Positions 13,445 to 26,525 of a stretch of DNA of 64,000 nt are shown here, in pieces (positions within the stretch are counted from its first letter, which is position 1; each line of letters begins with the position of its first letter). The notes under the pieces were generated by a model. It was not told where the DNA came from. It did not search any database and was given only the letters and a program-made list of their open reading frames with translations. The translations under genes were made by a program, and so were the position numbers. Source of the stretch: Cetorhinus maximus (lineage: Eukaryota); NCBI RefSeq assembly GCF_964194155.1, contig NC_135879.1, positions 213,466,001-213,530,000 on the forward strand. The letters run 5' to 3'.

Positions 13445-14580
13445 TTTAAAAATTTTGGGATGGGGGCGCGCTGGCAAGGCCAACATTCTCCAGTTGCTTT
13501 TGAGAAGGTGGTGGGAAGTTGCTTTGCTGAACTGCTGTGATGTAGGTACCCACACTGCTGTTAAGGGCGGAATTCCAGTATTTTGACCCAGCCACAGTGA
13601 AGAGATGGCAGTGATGGTTCGAAGTCAGGATGGTGTGTGACTTGGAGGTGGAGTGCCCATATGCTTGTTGCTCTTGTGCTTCTTGGTGGTAGAGGTCGCA
13701 GGTGTCATTCATGGAGGGGGAGTGAATGTTTGAGGTGGTAGATGGGCTGCCGATTAAGTAGGCTGCTTTGTCCTGGATAATGTTGGGCTTCTAGGCAAGT
13801 GAAGAGCATTCCATCACACTCCTGACTTCTGTCTTGTAAATACTGCAAAGGGCCTGGGGATCAGAAACTGAGATATTCACTACAAAATTACCAGCTCTCC
13901 TCCACCTACAAGAAAGCCCTTGTAGCCGCAGTATTTAAGCCTAGGCTAGTAAAGTTTATGTGTAGTGGTGACCTGCAGGGTATTTTTATGCTGGTGGATT
14001 CAGCAGTGGTAATGATGAATATCAAGGCGAGGTGGTCAGATTCTCCCTTGTAAGTGGTCATTACCTGTCACTTGTGTCATGCAAATATTATTTGTCACTT
14101 ATCAGCACTAGCCTGAATTATGTCCAGGTCTTGCTGCATGCGGACTTGGACTTCTTCATTATCTGAGGCCTTGCGAATGGAATTGAACACTGCAATCATC
14201 CATGAATCTCCTTCCTCCTTAACTTATGATGGAGGGAAGGTCATTGATAAAACAGATGAAGGTGGTTGTGCCTAGGATGCTGCCCTGAGGAACTAATGGA
14301 GTGATATCCTGGGCCTCCCAACAACCACAACTGACTTCCTTTGTGCCTGAAACAGCTCCCAACTAGTGGAGAGTTTTTCCCTGACTTTCATTGATTTCAA
14401 TTTTGCTTGGGCCCATTGATGGACGTATGGCACTGCACAATGTTGCCTTGATGTCGAAGGCAGTCACCTCACCTCTGGAATTCAGCTTTTTTGCCCATGT
14501 TTGGACCAAAGGCTATAATGAGGTCTGGGAATGAGTGGTTCTAGTGGAATTCTCACTGAGCATCGTGAGCAGGTGTCGCA
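13445..14580 (-). mobile_element. LINE family B, 3' portion
   Basis: Reverse-complement homology to ~350-1610. Confidence 0.85.
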
Positions 14581-14594
14581 TGATAACACTCAGC

Positions 14595-17500
14595 TGAGGG
14601 CTGACAAATCCCTGGGTCCTGATGGACTTCATCCTAGTGTCTTGAAAGAAGTGGCTCGATAGTTGATGCGTTGGTTTTAATTTTCCAAAACTCCCTGAAT
14701 TTGGGGAAGGTTCCATTAGATTGGAAAATAGTAAATGTTACTCCTTTATTCAAAAAAAGGTGGGGAGACAAAGCTGGAAACTACAGGCCAGTTAGCTTAA
14801 CATCTGTCATAGGGAAAATGTTAGAAGCTATTATTAAAGAAGTTATAGCAGGGTACCTGGAAAAATTCAAGGTAATCAGACAGAGTCAACACAGTTTTGT
14901 GAGAGGGAAAACATGTTTAACCAATTTATTGGAGTACTTTGAAGGAGTCACATGTGCTGTGGATAAAGGGGAACCGGTGGATTTACTGTCCTTAGATTTC
15001 CAGAAGGCATTTGATAAGGTGCCATATCAAAGGTTATTGCAGAAAATAAAAGCTCATGGTGTAGGGTGTGACAAAGTGGCATGAATAGGAGATAGCAGAT
15101 GCTCTGAGGATGATTTTCCAATCTTCACTAGATACATGGGAGGTACTGGAGAAATGCAAATGTAGTTCCATTGTTTAAAAAAGGATGAAAGGACATGCCA
15201 AACAATTATAGGCCAGTTAGTCTTACATCGGTGGTGAGCAAATTAGTAGAATCAATCCTGAGAGATAGGATTAACTGTCATATGGAAAGGCATGGACTAG
15301 TCAGGGATGGTCAGCATGGATTTGTTAAAGGAAGGTCTTGCCTCACAAATTTGATTGAATTCTTTGAGGAAGTGACAGGAAGGGTTGATGAAGGAAGTGC
15401 AGTGGATGTTGTGTACATGAATTTTAGCAAGGCATTTGACAAGGTCCCACATGACAGATTGGTCAGGAAAGTAGAAGCCCATGGGATTCAGGGTAATGTG
15501 GCAAACTGGATAAAAGGTTGGCTTTGTAACAGGAAACAAAGAGTAATGGTCGATGGATGCCCTTGCGAATGGATAATTGTCTCAAGTGGTGTTCAACAGG
15601 GCTCGGTATTGGGACTCTTGCTGTTTGTGTTATATATTAACGATTTGGACGTGAACGTGGGGGGCACGATTGGGGAATTTGCAGATGACACAAAGATTGG
15701 CCGAGTAGTGGATAGTGTAGAGGATAGCCATAATCTCCAAAACGATATAGAATTGTTGGTGGAGTGGGCGATAAAGTGGCAGATGGATTTTAACATAGAG
15801 AAGTGTGAAGTCATACTTTTAGGGAGGTCAAACAGTTACAGGGATTACAAAATAAATGGGAATATACTAAGAAGGGTAGATGAAGTGAGAGATCATGGCA
15901 TACAAGTACACAGGTCCCTGAAGGCAGCAGTTCAAGTAGACAAGGTTGTAAAGAAGCCATATGGAATGCTCTCCTTCATTGGCAGAGGTATGGAATATAA
16001 AAGTAAGGATATAATGTTGGAATTGTATAAAACACTGGTGAGGCCACAACTGGAGTATTGTGTGCAGTTCTGGTCACCACATTACAGGAAGGACGTAATA
16101 GCTCTGGAGAGAGTGCAGAGGAGGTTTAGAAGAATGTTGCCAGGGTTAGAAAAGTGTAGCTACGAGGAGAGATTGGATAGGTTGGGGTTATTCTCCTTAG
16201 AACAAAGAAGGCTGAGAGGTGACTTGATTGAGGTGTACAAAATTATGAGGGGAATAGATGGAGTGGACAGGATAAAATTGTTTCCCTTGGTGGAGAATTC
16301 TAGAACCAGGGGACATAGATTCAAGATAAGTGGCAGAAAGTGTAGGGGGGGACATGAAGAACTTTTTTACGCAGAGGGTAGTGGGTGTCTGGAATTCGCT
16401 GCCCAAGTTGGTGGTAGAGGCAGAAACTTTAAACTCTTTTTAAAAAGTACCTGGATCTGCACCTAAAGTGCTGTAAGCTGCAGGGCTATGGGCCGGGTGC
16501 AGGAAGGTGGGATTAGAAAGGGCACCTGGGTGTCCTCAGGCTGGCATGGACAAGATGGGCCAAAAGGCCTCCTTCTGTGTTGTAACTTTTTTATGGTTCT
16601 TCTATGGTTCTAAGATTGGCTACTTAACAGGACAGAGGGTAATCATATATGGGTCTTTTTCTGATTGATTAGATGTAACAAGTGGTGTGCCACAGGGATC
16701 ACTACTGGGGCCTCGACTTTTTACAACTTGTAAAAATGACTTGAATGAAGGGACCGATGGCAAATTTGCTCACAATACAAAGATAGGTAGGAAAGTAAGC
16801 TGTGAAGTGGATGTAGGAGGCTACAAAGGAACATAGGTTAAGTGAGTGGGCAAAGATCTGACAAATGAGGTATAATGTGGGCAAATATGAAATTGTCCAT
16901 TTTGGCAGGAAGAATAAGAAAGAAGCATATTATCTGAATGGTGAGAGGTTGCAGAGCTCTGAGATTCAGGAGGGTCTGGGTGTCCTGGTGCATGGATCAC
17001 GAATGGTTAGTAGGTACAGCAGGTAATTCTGAAAGCTAATAGAATGGGTAATTGATTCCAATAGTAGGGAGGTTATGCTTCAGTGTGCAGGGCACTGGTG
17101 AAACCACATCTGGAGCACTGTGTACAGTATTGGTCTCCTTATTTAAAGAAAGACGTAAATGCGTTAGAAGCAGTTCAGAGAAGGTTTACTAGACTAATAC
17201 CAGAAATGGGTGGGTTGTCACATGAGGAAAGGTTAGGCTTGTATCCACCCAAGTTTGGAAGAGTAAGAGGTGACTTGATTGAAACCTTAAAAATCCTGAG
17301 GGGCCTTGACAGAGTGGATGTGAGAATGCTTCCTCTTGTGGGAGAATCTAGAACTAGGTGTCATGGTTTAAAAATAAGGGGTCGCTATAGGGGGAACTAT
17401 TTTCTCAGGGGGTCATGAGTCTTTGGAACACTCTTCCTCAAAAGGCAGTGGAATATTTTTAAGGTAGAGCCAGATATATTCTTGATAAAACAAAGGGGTT

Positions 17501-17630
17501 AAAGCTTATTAGGGGTAGGCAGGAATGTGGAGTGGAGGATATATTCGGATCAGCCATGATCTTATTGAATGGCGGAACAGGCTCAAGGGGCCAATTGTCC
17601 TACGCCTCCTAATTCATATGTTCGTATGGC
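14595..17630 (+). mobile_element. CR1 host copy split by a nested CR1 (host parts ~14595-15093 and ~16613-17630)
   Basis: KSLGPDG, NYRPVSLTS and DFQKAFDKVP before the insert; RT resumes (GVPQGS) after it. Confidence 0.9.
15094..16612 (+). mobile_element. Nested CR1 with a 423-codon open RT segment
   Basis: ORF 15195-16466 has the full set of RT core motifs; TTCTATGG-type tail; AGAT at both junctions. Confidence 0.95.
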
Positions 17631-18519
17631 ACTATTGCATTCACTAGAACTCTCCCATTATATTCCACTGTTCTTCTCTCTGCTTTAACAACACTCAGTA
17701 CTCATTTATTTGCATGGTTTTAGTCATGTCTCTTAACTCTCCCAACAAATGAACCAGGCCTGTTATGAATTATCTGCCACAAATTACAGTGATGCTGTTT
17801 GGGAAACAGAATTGAAATTGTCGTCTTTACACAGTCATTCATCAGTCAGTGGCAGGCACGTGACCAGCCCAGTACTCTGCTGCCTCATTCAAATTACTCA
17901 GCACACACTTGCACACTAAAGTGTTTGGGCATATCCCCCCTTTTTAAAATGCTATTTACATGCTGTTGTGGTTCTTGTAAATGGTGGAAAAGCTATTTGA
18001 CTATGGTATACTGGAGCCATTCCCAGTGCTATTCTCACTGGGCATATACAGGCACTTTCTGGTACTTTTTCCTTGCTCTCTGCACAAATCCAAATACTGT
18101 GGTGTTCTTGTGACCTGACAAAGTGCAGACAGGGAAGGACTTTTTCTGTTTGCATGGTTCAGTGCCATACTGGGCGTCATAAGATGTTGGATGGTGGGGA
18201 GGAGAAGCAGGAGTGTTACAGGAATTTTGTGCTGCTTTGTTGGAAGAGTGACCAGTGATGGCCACTTCCCATGACATTTGACCATCTCTAAACTGAATTG
18301 AACCATTTGCTTCACAAAATAGTGCTGATTTAAGGGGTATAATTTACTGTAGTAATTTAGTTAATTGGTGTACTTAAATCTATTCATGTACAGCCAATTA
18401 GTGATTTGAAGTGATAGACCAACCCATTTTAAACTTGCTCATATGGTGGATGCTGAAAATAGATACAATTCTGGACCACGGATGCTCATTGGTTGTGTCC
18501 GAAAATCTATAGATCTTGA

Positions 18520-18645
18520 TCTTTAATCTACTCAAAAGAGATCAAGGGATATGGGATAGGGTGGGAAAGTGGAGTTGAGATGGAAGATCAGCCACAATTG
18601 TCGAGCAGGTTCAAAAGGCTTTATGGCCTACTCCTACTTATGACC
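18520..18645 (+). mobile_element. CR1 3' tail fragment
   Basis: atcaagggatatggg...gatcagcc...ggcctactcct. Confidence 0.65.
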
Positions 18646-18649
18646 TTAT

Positions 18650-18865
18650 GAAAACACACTCTCTAGGTCAGGCAACATCAGCGGAGAGAAAAGCATTAAC
18701 CTGTCAGGTTAATGACACTTCATTAGAACTAGAAGATGTTAGATTGCAAATTTTAAGCAAGCACAGACCAGGGAAAAGGGGTGGGAATTGGGCAAAGGTA
18801 GAGAAGTGGGGAAAGTCTGTAATGGTGTTGAGGACAGGTGTGATTAAATAATAAAAGGAATGATG
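18650..18865 (-). mobile_element. Penelope-like terminal repeat fragment
   Basis: ggtcaggcaacatc..ggagagaaa..ttaac, homologous to 48430-48660. Confidence 0.6.
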
Positions 18866-19782
18866 GTGCAAGGTGGTGATGAGTAATCCATGTTGGCCTC
18901 ACCAGTGATGGCCACTTCCCATGAACAAATAAAGAACAAAAGATCAGCCCAGAGAAGGTGTTTTTCATATTTGGTGGGACTCAACTGACTCTCAACTGTT
19001 TACCCATAATGGATCCCTATCTCCTGATTGGAGCACTAAAGTAGAAAATGAGAATGGAAGAGAATATTCAAGACATGAGGAGAAGCATTTTATAGTAGAT
19101 GGGTTTATAATTGAGGATTAAAAAAATGCTGGGGCTTTTGGAATATTCCAAAGATGACCTGATCGAGCAACCAAGGAATCTATAAATGTGCTAAATTAAT
19201 TAATGATTTCCCACCCCCCCACCCCAGCTCGTTCCTTGTGTTCATCCAGGAAACCATGATGCCACAGGGATGGGTGCTGGGCCACACTTGTTTGTCATGT
19301 GAGCATTGAATTTGCAATTGTGGTTCAGGGTCCAAGACGAGTACCAAATGAAGTAATTTTTTTAGATAAGGCAGTCACTCAGCTGAGTAAGGCAAGGGCT
19401 TTGGCTTGATAAGCTTCAAATCAGAGGCTTAAAGTACCTGGTCAAATTGACCATATTTTTGTAACTACCTTGAGGAAATCAATAAATACATTGGTGCCAT
19501 AGGAGTAGAAAACAGCTAAAATAACAATTTTAAAAAGGGAGTGGAGGAACTTGTTACAGATGACTGAGCCATACATCTATTGTCGATGAAGTATTAAAAA
19601 ACACCTGAGTTATATATGGTAAGAGGGAGGCATTATAGACTGCCTAATAAATTGGCAGAAGTTTTTCAAGGAACTGGTGGACCTTGCTGATGATGGAAAG
19701 TCTGTATGTGTTTTTTTTCCCTAAGTTCAGCAAGCTGCTTGGGTGAATTGGAAGTTGACTAAACCAGAGGAAGTAAAACCAC

Positions 19783-19938
19783 ATCCCTTCCTATCAGCAC
19801 TGTGGGTGCACCTACACCACATGGACTGCAGCGGTTCAAGAAGGCAGTTCACCACCACCTTCTCGAGAGCAATTAGGGATAGCCAATAAATGCTGGCCTA
19901 GCCAGCAATACCCATATCCTGTGAAAGAACAAAAAAAT
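19783..19938 (+). mobile_element. LINE family B 3' tail
   Basis: Matches 1470-1610. Confidence 0.85.
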
Positions 19939-20106
19939 TGATGTGACAAGAGATCACAAACAAGGTTCAACAGTAATCATTATTGGGCCCAATGGAGGAA
20001 GTTCAGAAAAGGGCTACCAAGCTAACATTTGACTTTAGACACTTGAATTATAAGTGAAGGTTAAAGAGCCTGGTGGTATTTGGAGAATGGAATGCTCAGG
20101 GCAGAT

Positions 20107-21280
20107 ATTTTTTTTATTCTTTCATGAAATGTGGGCATCGCTGGCTCATCAGCATTTACTATCCATCCATAATTGCCCTTGAGAAGGTGGTGGTGAGCTG
20201 CTGCCATGAACCATTGCGTTGCTTGTGGTGTAAATGCACTCAGTGCTATTAGGGAGGGAGTTCCAGGATTTTGACCCAGCGATCGTGAAGGAACAGCAAT
20301 ATAGTTCCAAGTCAGGGTGGTGTGTTTATCGGAGGTGGTGCTCCCATGCATCTGTTCTCTTCGTCCTCCTTGGTGGTAGAGGTTATGAGTTTGGAGGATG
20401 CTGTCGAAAGATCCTTGGTGAGTATCTTGTAGATGCGTCAGTGGTGGAGGCGGCGAATGTTGAAAGTGATGGGTGGGATGCCAATCAAGTGGGCTGCTTT
20501 GTCCTGGATGGTGTCAAGCTGCTTGAATGTTGCTGGAGCTGCACTCATCCAGGCAAGTGGACAGTATTCCATCACACTAATGACTTGTGCCTTGTAGAAG
20601 GTGGACAGGCTTGGGGAAACAGGAAGTGAGTTACTCTCAGCAGAATTCCCAGCCTCTGACCTCTTGTAGCTGCAGCATTTATATGGCTGGTCCAGCTCAG
20701 CTTTTGGTCAATGGTAACCCCCAGAATATTGATAATGAGGGATTCAGTGATGGTAATGCCAATGAATGTCATGGGGATATGGTTTGATTCTCTCCTGTTG
20801 GGAGATGGTCATTGCCTGGCACTCGTGTGTCACGAATGGAACTTGTCATCTGTCAGCCCAAGCCTGAATGATGTTCAGGTCTTGCTGTATATGGACACAG
20901 ACTGCTTCAGTATCTGAGGAGTCACATATGGTACTCTGAACATTGTGCAATCATCAGCGAACATCCCCACTTCTGACCTTATGATGGAAGGAAGGTAACT
21001 GAAATTGGTTGGGACTTGGACACTACCCTGAGGAACTCAGCAGTGATAGCCTGGAACTGAGATGATTGACCTCCAACAACCACAACCATCTTCCTTTGTG
21101 CTAGGTATGACTCTAACCAGCAGAGAACTTTATCCCTGTTTCCTATTGATTTGAGGTTTTCTGGAGCTCATTGATGCCACATTTGGTCAAATGCTGTCTT
21201 GATATTAAGGGCAGTCACTCTCACTTCCCCTCTGGTGTTCAGCTCTTTTGTCTATGTCTGGACCAAGGCTGTAATGAAGT
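20107..21280 (-). mobile_element. LINE family B, 3' portion
   Basis: ILGVTIDQKLSW and the family B tail on the minus strand. Confidence 0.88.
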
Positions 21281-22700
21281 CACATTAGTAGATAGCTTAT
21301 CTCCAGAAGTTGAGAGAGAAAGTCAAGGAGGAGAAGGGAAGAATCAGATGGACCTGGTGAAGGCGAAGGAAGAGTGGAAGTTGGAAACAGTCAGTGAAAT
21401 TTTCCAGTTCATGGCGAGAGCAGAAGGCAGCACTGATACATTCATCAATATGCTGGGAAGAGGCCCAAGTAGGATTGGAATAATGAATGTTCCACGTAGC
21501 TCCCAAAAAGGCAGGCATAACTGGGACCAATGCGGGTACCCACAGCAACACCTTTTTATTTGGAGCAAGTGAGTGGAGTTGAAGGAGAAGTTGTTCAGAG
21601 TAAGAGCAAGTTCAGCCAGGTGGAGGAGGTTAGTGGTGGATGGGCACTACTTGGGCCTCTTGAGGAAGAGACTGAGAACTTTGAGACTGCCCTGGTGGGG
21701 GATCAAGGTGTAGAGGGTTTGGACATCTATAATGAAGAGGAGGCAGTTCTGGCCAGGAAACTGTTGAAGTGACATAGGGCATCAGAAGTGTTGCAGATAT
21801 AGGTGGGAAGAGATTATACATGGGGAGAAAATAGAGTTGAGATAGGAAAAAATAAGTTCAGTGGGGCAGGAACAAGCTGAAATAGTGGGTAAACATTAAC
21901 TCTGTATTTCTCTCCAATGTTGCTGTCAGACCTGAGTTTTTCCAGCAATTTTTTGTTTTTGTTTGAAATAATGGATTGATTGGGCAGTCATGTTTATGGA
22001 TCTTGGGAAGGAGGTAGAAGTAGACTGTTCAGGGTTGGGAACTATAAGGTTGGAGTCAGTTGAGGGAAGATCTCCAGAGGATGAGAGTTCACTGATGATC
22101 CTGGACACTGGCTAATATTTGATAGTGGGGTCATAGTCCAGGGGAGCTAAGAGAATGTGTCGGAGAGTTGGCATTCTGCCTCTTCTAGGAGGCTGGGTAG
22201 AGGTTAGTACACTAGACAACAACAGTATTCCAGTGAGATTCAATGCACGCTGCTTGAACATCCCCTTGTCTTTTGACTCGACACTCCACACCATTGGCAA
22301 CATTGAGTTCATAACACTTCCTCCATCTTGTTTTGTTTCTTTCCTTATCCCTTTATGTTGCATTTGGATGATTTTATGCAGCCATTCATCCCTCATTTGG
22401 ACAGGACCTTCATTTCTTTACAATATACATGACTACTGTCTTTGGCTGTTGCATCATTAAACCTTTTATCTCCCCTTGCTTCCATCTAATCTCAGACTAC
22501 CCTCTTCATTCTTCCTGCCTCCTCCCATCTTTCACTGGCTTAAAAACTTATATTTCTATCTTTGTTCAGTTCTGATGAAAGGTCATCTACCTGAAATGTT
22601 AACTCTGTTTCTCTCCACACATGCTGCCTAACCTGAGTTTTTTTCAGCATTTTTTGTTCTCATTTCAGATTTTGCAGCATCTGCAGTATTTTGCTTTTGT
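21281..22700. mobile_element. Penelope-like element: RT remnant on the minus strand (~21281-22250) plus an inverted + strand 3' end/terminal repeat (~22250-22700)
   Basis: Frameshifted PLE RT motifs (Q-x-K-G-V-A-x-G-T...GPSYA, HIDECI for YIDD); terminal repeat with a hammerhead core at 22572. Confidence 0.75.
22568..22604 (+). ncRNA. Minimal type I hammerhead ribozyme motif
   Basis: AGTT-CTGATGA-A-AGGT(catct)ACCT-GAAA-TG-T-T-AACT; helices I and II pair and the core is intact. Confidence 0.7.
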
Positions 22701-22934
22701 TTTAAATATTTAAATCAGTTGGGCCATCAGTTCTCCAACAGGTGGGCTGAACCCATCAATTGCATTAAATTCCACCCATAGTTGCAAGGTGACCAGGGTT
22801 TGGAAATAACTATTCCAGGGTACGCAACATTTCAAAAAGACAGGCAGAATGCAAAAGGAAGAGGGTTGGACCTGATAGTAATACTGAGAAAGGATTTTAG
22901 TTCAGAAATTCAGGAAGTAGCTCAGTTTAGGTTG

Positions 22935-24510
22935 AGCCTGGGCCACTCAGCTGCTGGCCTCATGACAGCCTTGGTTCAAACATGGACAAAAGAGCTTAAC
23001 TCCAGAAGTGAGGTGAGATTGACTGCCCTTCACATCAAGGCAGCGTTTGACTGAATGTGGCACTTGATTGAAACCTTCAAGATCCTGAGGGGTCTTGACA
23101 GGGTGGATGTGAAGAAGATGTCTCCACTTGTGGGAGAATCTAGAACTATGGGTCACTGTTTAAAAGTAAGGCATTGCTCATTTAAGACAGATGAGAGAAT
23201 TTTTGAGCGTTGTGAATCTTTGAAACTCTCTTCAAAAGGCAGTGGAAGCAGAGTCTTTGAATATTTTTAAGGCAGAACTAGATGGTTTCTTTGTTAACAA
23301 GGGGGTGAAAGGTTATAAGGTTAGGCAGGAATGTGGGGCTGAGGTGACAATCAAATTGGCCATGATATTGTTGAATGGAAGAGCAGGCTTGAAGGGCCGA
23401 GTGGCCTACTCCTAATTCGTATGTTAGTATCGAGGAGCACTTGCAAAGCTGGAGTCGGGGAAAACTATCTGGGGCTGGAATCGTAACTAGCACAGAGGAA
23501 GATAGTTGTGATTATTGGAGGTCAGTCATCTCCGTTCCAGGACATCACTGTGGGAGTTCCTCAGGGTAGTGTCCTGGCTCGACCATCTTCAGCTGCTCCA
23601 TCCTGACCTTCCTTCCATCATAAGGTCAGAAGTGGGGATATTTGCTGATGATTGCAAAATGTTCACCATTCGTGACTCCTGAGAATCCATGTCCAGCTCT
23701 TGCTGCATTTGGACAATATCCAGGCTTGGGCTGATAAATGGCAAGTAACATTCTGGCCACAAGTGTCAGGCAATGGCACATCTCCAACAAAGAATCTAAC
23801 CATCTCCCCATGACAGTCAATGGCATTACCACTGCTGAATCCCCCACTATCAACTTACTGAGGGTTACAATTGACCAGAAACTGAACTGGACAGCCATAT
23901 AAATACTGTGGCTACAAGAACAGGTCAGAGGCTGGGAATCTTGTGGCTATAACTCACCACCTGAGTCCCCAAAGGCTGTCCAGCACCTACAAGGCACAGG
24001 TCTGGAGTGTGATGGAATACTCAAGTTGCTTGGATGAGTGCAGCTCCCATAACACTCAAGAAGCTTGATGTCATCCAGGACAAAGCAGCCTGCTTGATTG
24101 GCACCATATCCACAAACATTCACTCCCTCCACTAAGCACAGTAGCAGTAGTGTGTACCATCTACAAGATGCACTGCAGGAATTCGCAAAGATTCCTAAGA
24201 AGGCGCCTTCCAAACCCACGACCACTACCATCTAGAAGGACAAGGGTAGCAGATAGATGGGAACACCACCTGGAAGTTCCCCTCCAAGTCACTCACCATC
24301 CTGACATGGAAATATATCGCTGTTCCTTCACTATCGCTGGGTCAAAATCCTGGAACTCCCTCCCTAACAGCACTGTGGGTGTACTTACACCACATGGACT
24401 GCAGCGGTTCAAGAAGGCAGCTCACCACCACCTTCTCAAGGGCAACTAGGGATGGGCAATTAATGCTGCCCAGCCAGCAAAGCCCACATCCTTTGATTAA
24501 AAAAAATGAG
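22935..24510 (+). mobile_element. LINE family B interrupted by a CR1 3' fragment (~23062-23428)
   Basis: Host sequence is colinear with 390-1610 on both sides of the CR1 tail. Confidence 0.88.
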
Positions 24511-25194
24511 AAGATCAGATCACTTTGTTGTGTGTGACATCGAGCTTCTTGACTAGTGTTGCTTCAGCACCTACCCAGGCAAGTGGTGGCATTTCATCAC
24601 ATTCCTGTATTGTGCCTTATGGTTGCTGGAGATGCTTTTGCGAGTCAGGAGGTGAGTCTGTTTATTTTACAGTGGCTGTGGGAGGTGGGTGGGGTGGGGC
24701 GGGTGTCAGCTTGAAGATTTGGTCCAGCTGTGAAGTGGCTGCTTAGGCTAAGTTGCAGAGTATTCTTCAGCTTGTCTGTAAATTAACCACCTGCATCAGT
24801 TTGCATGCATTTGCTAAGTACTTTGGTATTGTCATCATTTGGTCACTGACTGTAGTAATTTTTTTTAGCATTACTCTGTCACATTTGAAGGTGTTAAGCC
24901 TTTAAATTCCACTGCCAATTTCTATACTTAAAATGAAATAGAACTTGAATAAATGTTAGTTTTTTTTCTGCAGATACGGCCTTCCTTTGACACTATGCTT
25001 GCAAAAGACTCTACATGCAATGTTTAGAGAAGTTTTAATAGGTTGAGATGCTCTAGGTGTGTAAGTATTTTATAGTCTTTTCATAGTGATGTTTCAATGT
25101 AGGCTCCATTTAAAAAAAGTGAAGGTTATATTTTTTTAAAAACTGAACAAGGTTTTGGAAGGCTGTGAACAGAATATTAATTTCAGAAAGAAAT

Positions 25195-25455
25195 ACTCAT
25201 CTTGAGTAACAAAAACAGAATTACCTGGAAAAACTCAGCAGGTCTGGCAGCATCGGTGGAGAAGAAATCAGTTAACGTTTCGAGTCCTCATGACCCTTCG
25301 GCAGAACTGAGTCGTGAGGACTCGAAACGTTAACTGATTTCTTCTCCACCGATGCTGCAAGACCTGCTGAGTTTTTCCAGGTAATTCTGTTTTTGTTTTG
25401 GATTTCCAGCATCCGCAGTAGCTTTTAGCTTTTTGTTTTTAACTCATCTTGAGTA
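25195..25455. mobile_element. Fold-back PLE-terminal-repeat element with 14-bp TSD
   Basis: Arms 25208-25294 and 25311-25397 (85/87 complementary); ACTCATCTTGAGTA at 25195-25208 and 25442-25455. Confidence 0.9.
25269..25309 (-). ncRNA. Minimal hammerhead-like motif (core variant CUGCCGA)
   Basis: Minus strand reads CAGTT-CTGCCGA-A-GGGTC(atgag)GACTC-GAAA-CG-T-T-AACTG. Confidence 0.6.
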
Positions 25456-26184
25456 CTTTGGTAGAATATATCTTGCCCTCTTATGCCAAGGTTAAAATTT
25501 TAAAAATTTTAGATGCCATGATCATGGTCTTAATGTTAAATACATGAGAATTCTCAATGTAGCAATTAATTTTTCTGGAGCAGTGACCTGAAACATACAT
25601 CTTTTATACTGATGGTCAAGTTTATTGTGGTCTTGGCTATTATATAGTATTCATATAATATATTTCAAATATGTTATTCAGAACTTGTTTTTGACAAGTT
25701 GCACCTCATTACTCATTGCTTAAAATAAATTGGAAGGCAGGGGAATGTAATGTCATGGTTGTGAGATCTGTTTTGGCAATTACCTTAACTGACTTGTGTT
25801 CTTTGGTTTGTTTTGTGTCTGACTGTGGAGCATATGTGTTGGCTTTGAACAGAGGCTGGGTGATTCACATACGTTCAAATCTATGATTATGCCTGTCAGG
25901 TGAAGTGGAGTTGTTACAATGTGGACAGGAAATTGAGTCATGTGGTTATGATGGTAGCACCAATAGAGTTTGGCACAAACAATGACATTGTGTGTATTGA
26001 ATTTCTTGACAAAATTGAACTAAATTCTTCCTTCTGTTAGGAGCTTAATTTTTAAGTATTAAAAAAAAAATACACTACATATTGCTACTTAAAATTAAAT
26101 TCTAGTTCTTAATTGTAATTTTTGCGGTACACAGTAGGCTTTCCAAAGTTAATGGCAGCTAAATTTGCCAGCCACTGCTTCTCC

Positions 26185-26236
26185 CACCAACCCCCCCCAC
26201 CCCCCCATCCTCCTCCTCCTCCTCCACCGCCCCCCC
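26185..26236. repeat. C-rich / (CCT)n low-complexity tract
   Basis: Seen directly; explains the polyproline run in ORF 26122-26538. Confidence 0.85.
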
Positions 26237-26284
26237 GCTCTACTGTTTTTGTCACCACGTTTTTCTGCCTCTTGCAGATCCTCG

Positions 26285-26525
26285 GCTTTCATCTCTCCAC
26301 CATTGGCAGCTGTCCCTTCAGCTGCTTAGGCTGGAGCATTGGAATTCCCCCCCTCCCCCCTCCACTTATCTACCTATCTCTCGCTTCCTTTAAGTTGCTT
26401 ATGAAAAACTCTCTTATTGAAGCTTTTGGGTTATCTGTCCTAATATCTCTTTATGTAGCTGAAATGTCTTGCGATGTTTTTAGTATGTTAAAGGCACTAT
26501 ATAAATACAACTTGCTGTATTGTCT
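26285..26525 (+). mobile_element. L2 3' fragment
   Basis: ccttcagctgc..ggaattccc..aaaggcactatataaatacaacttg tail. Confidence 0.6.

Noticed and set aside
15195-16466. 423-aa ORF as a domesticated gene or active element
   Set aside because: 5'-truncated CR1 lacking endonuclease and ORF1, with a frameshift near the C-terminus.
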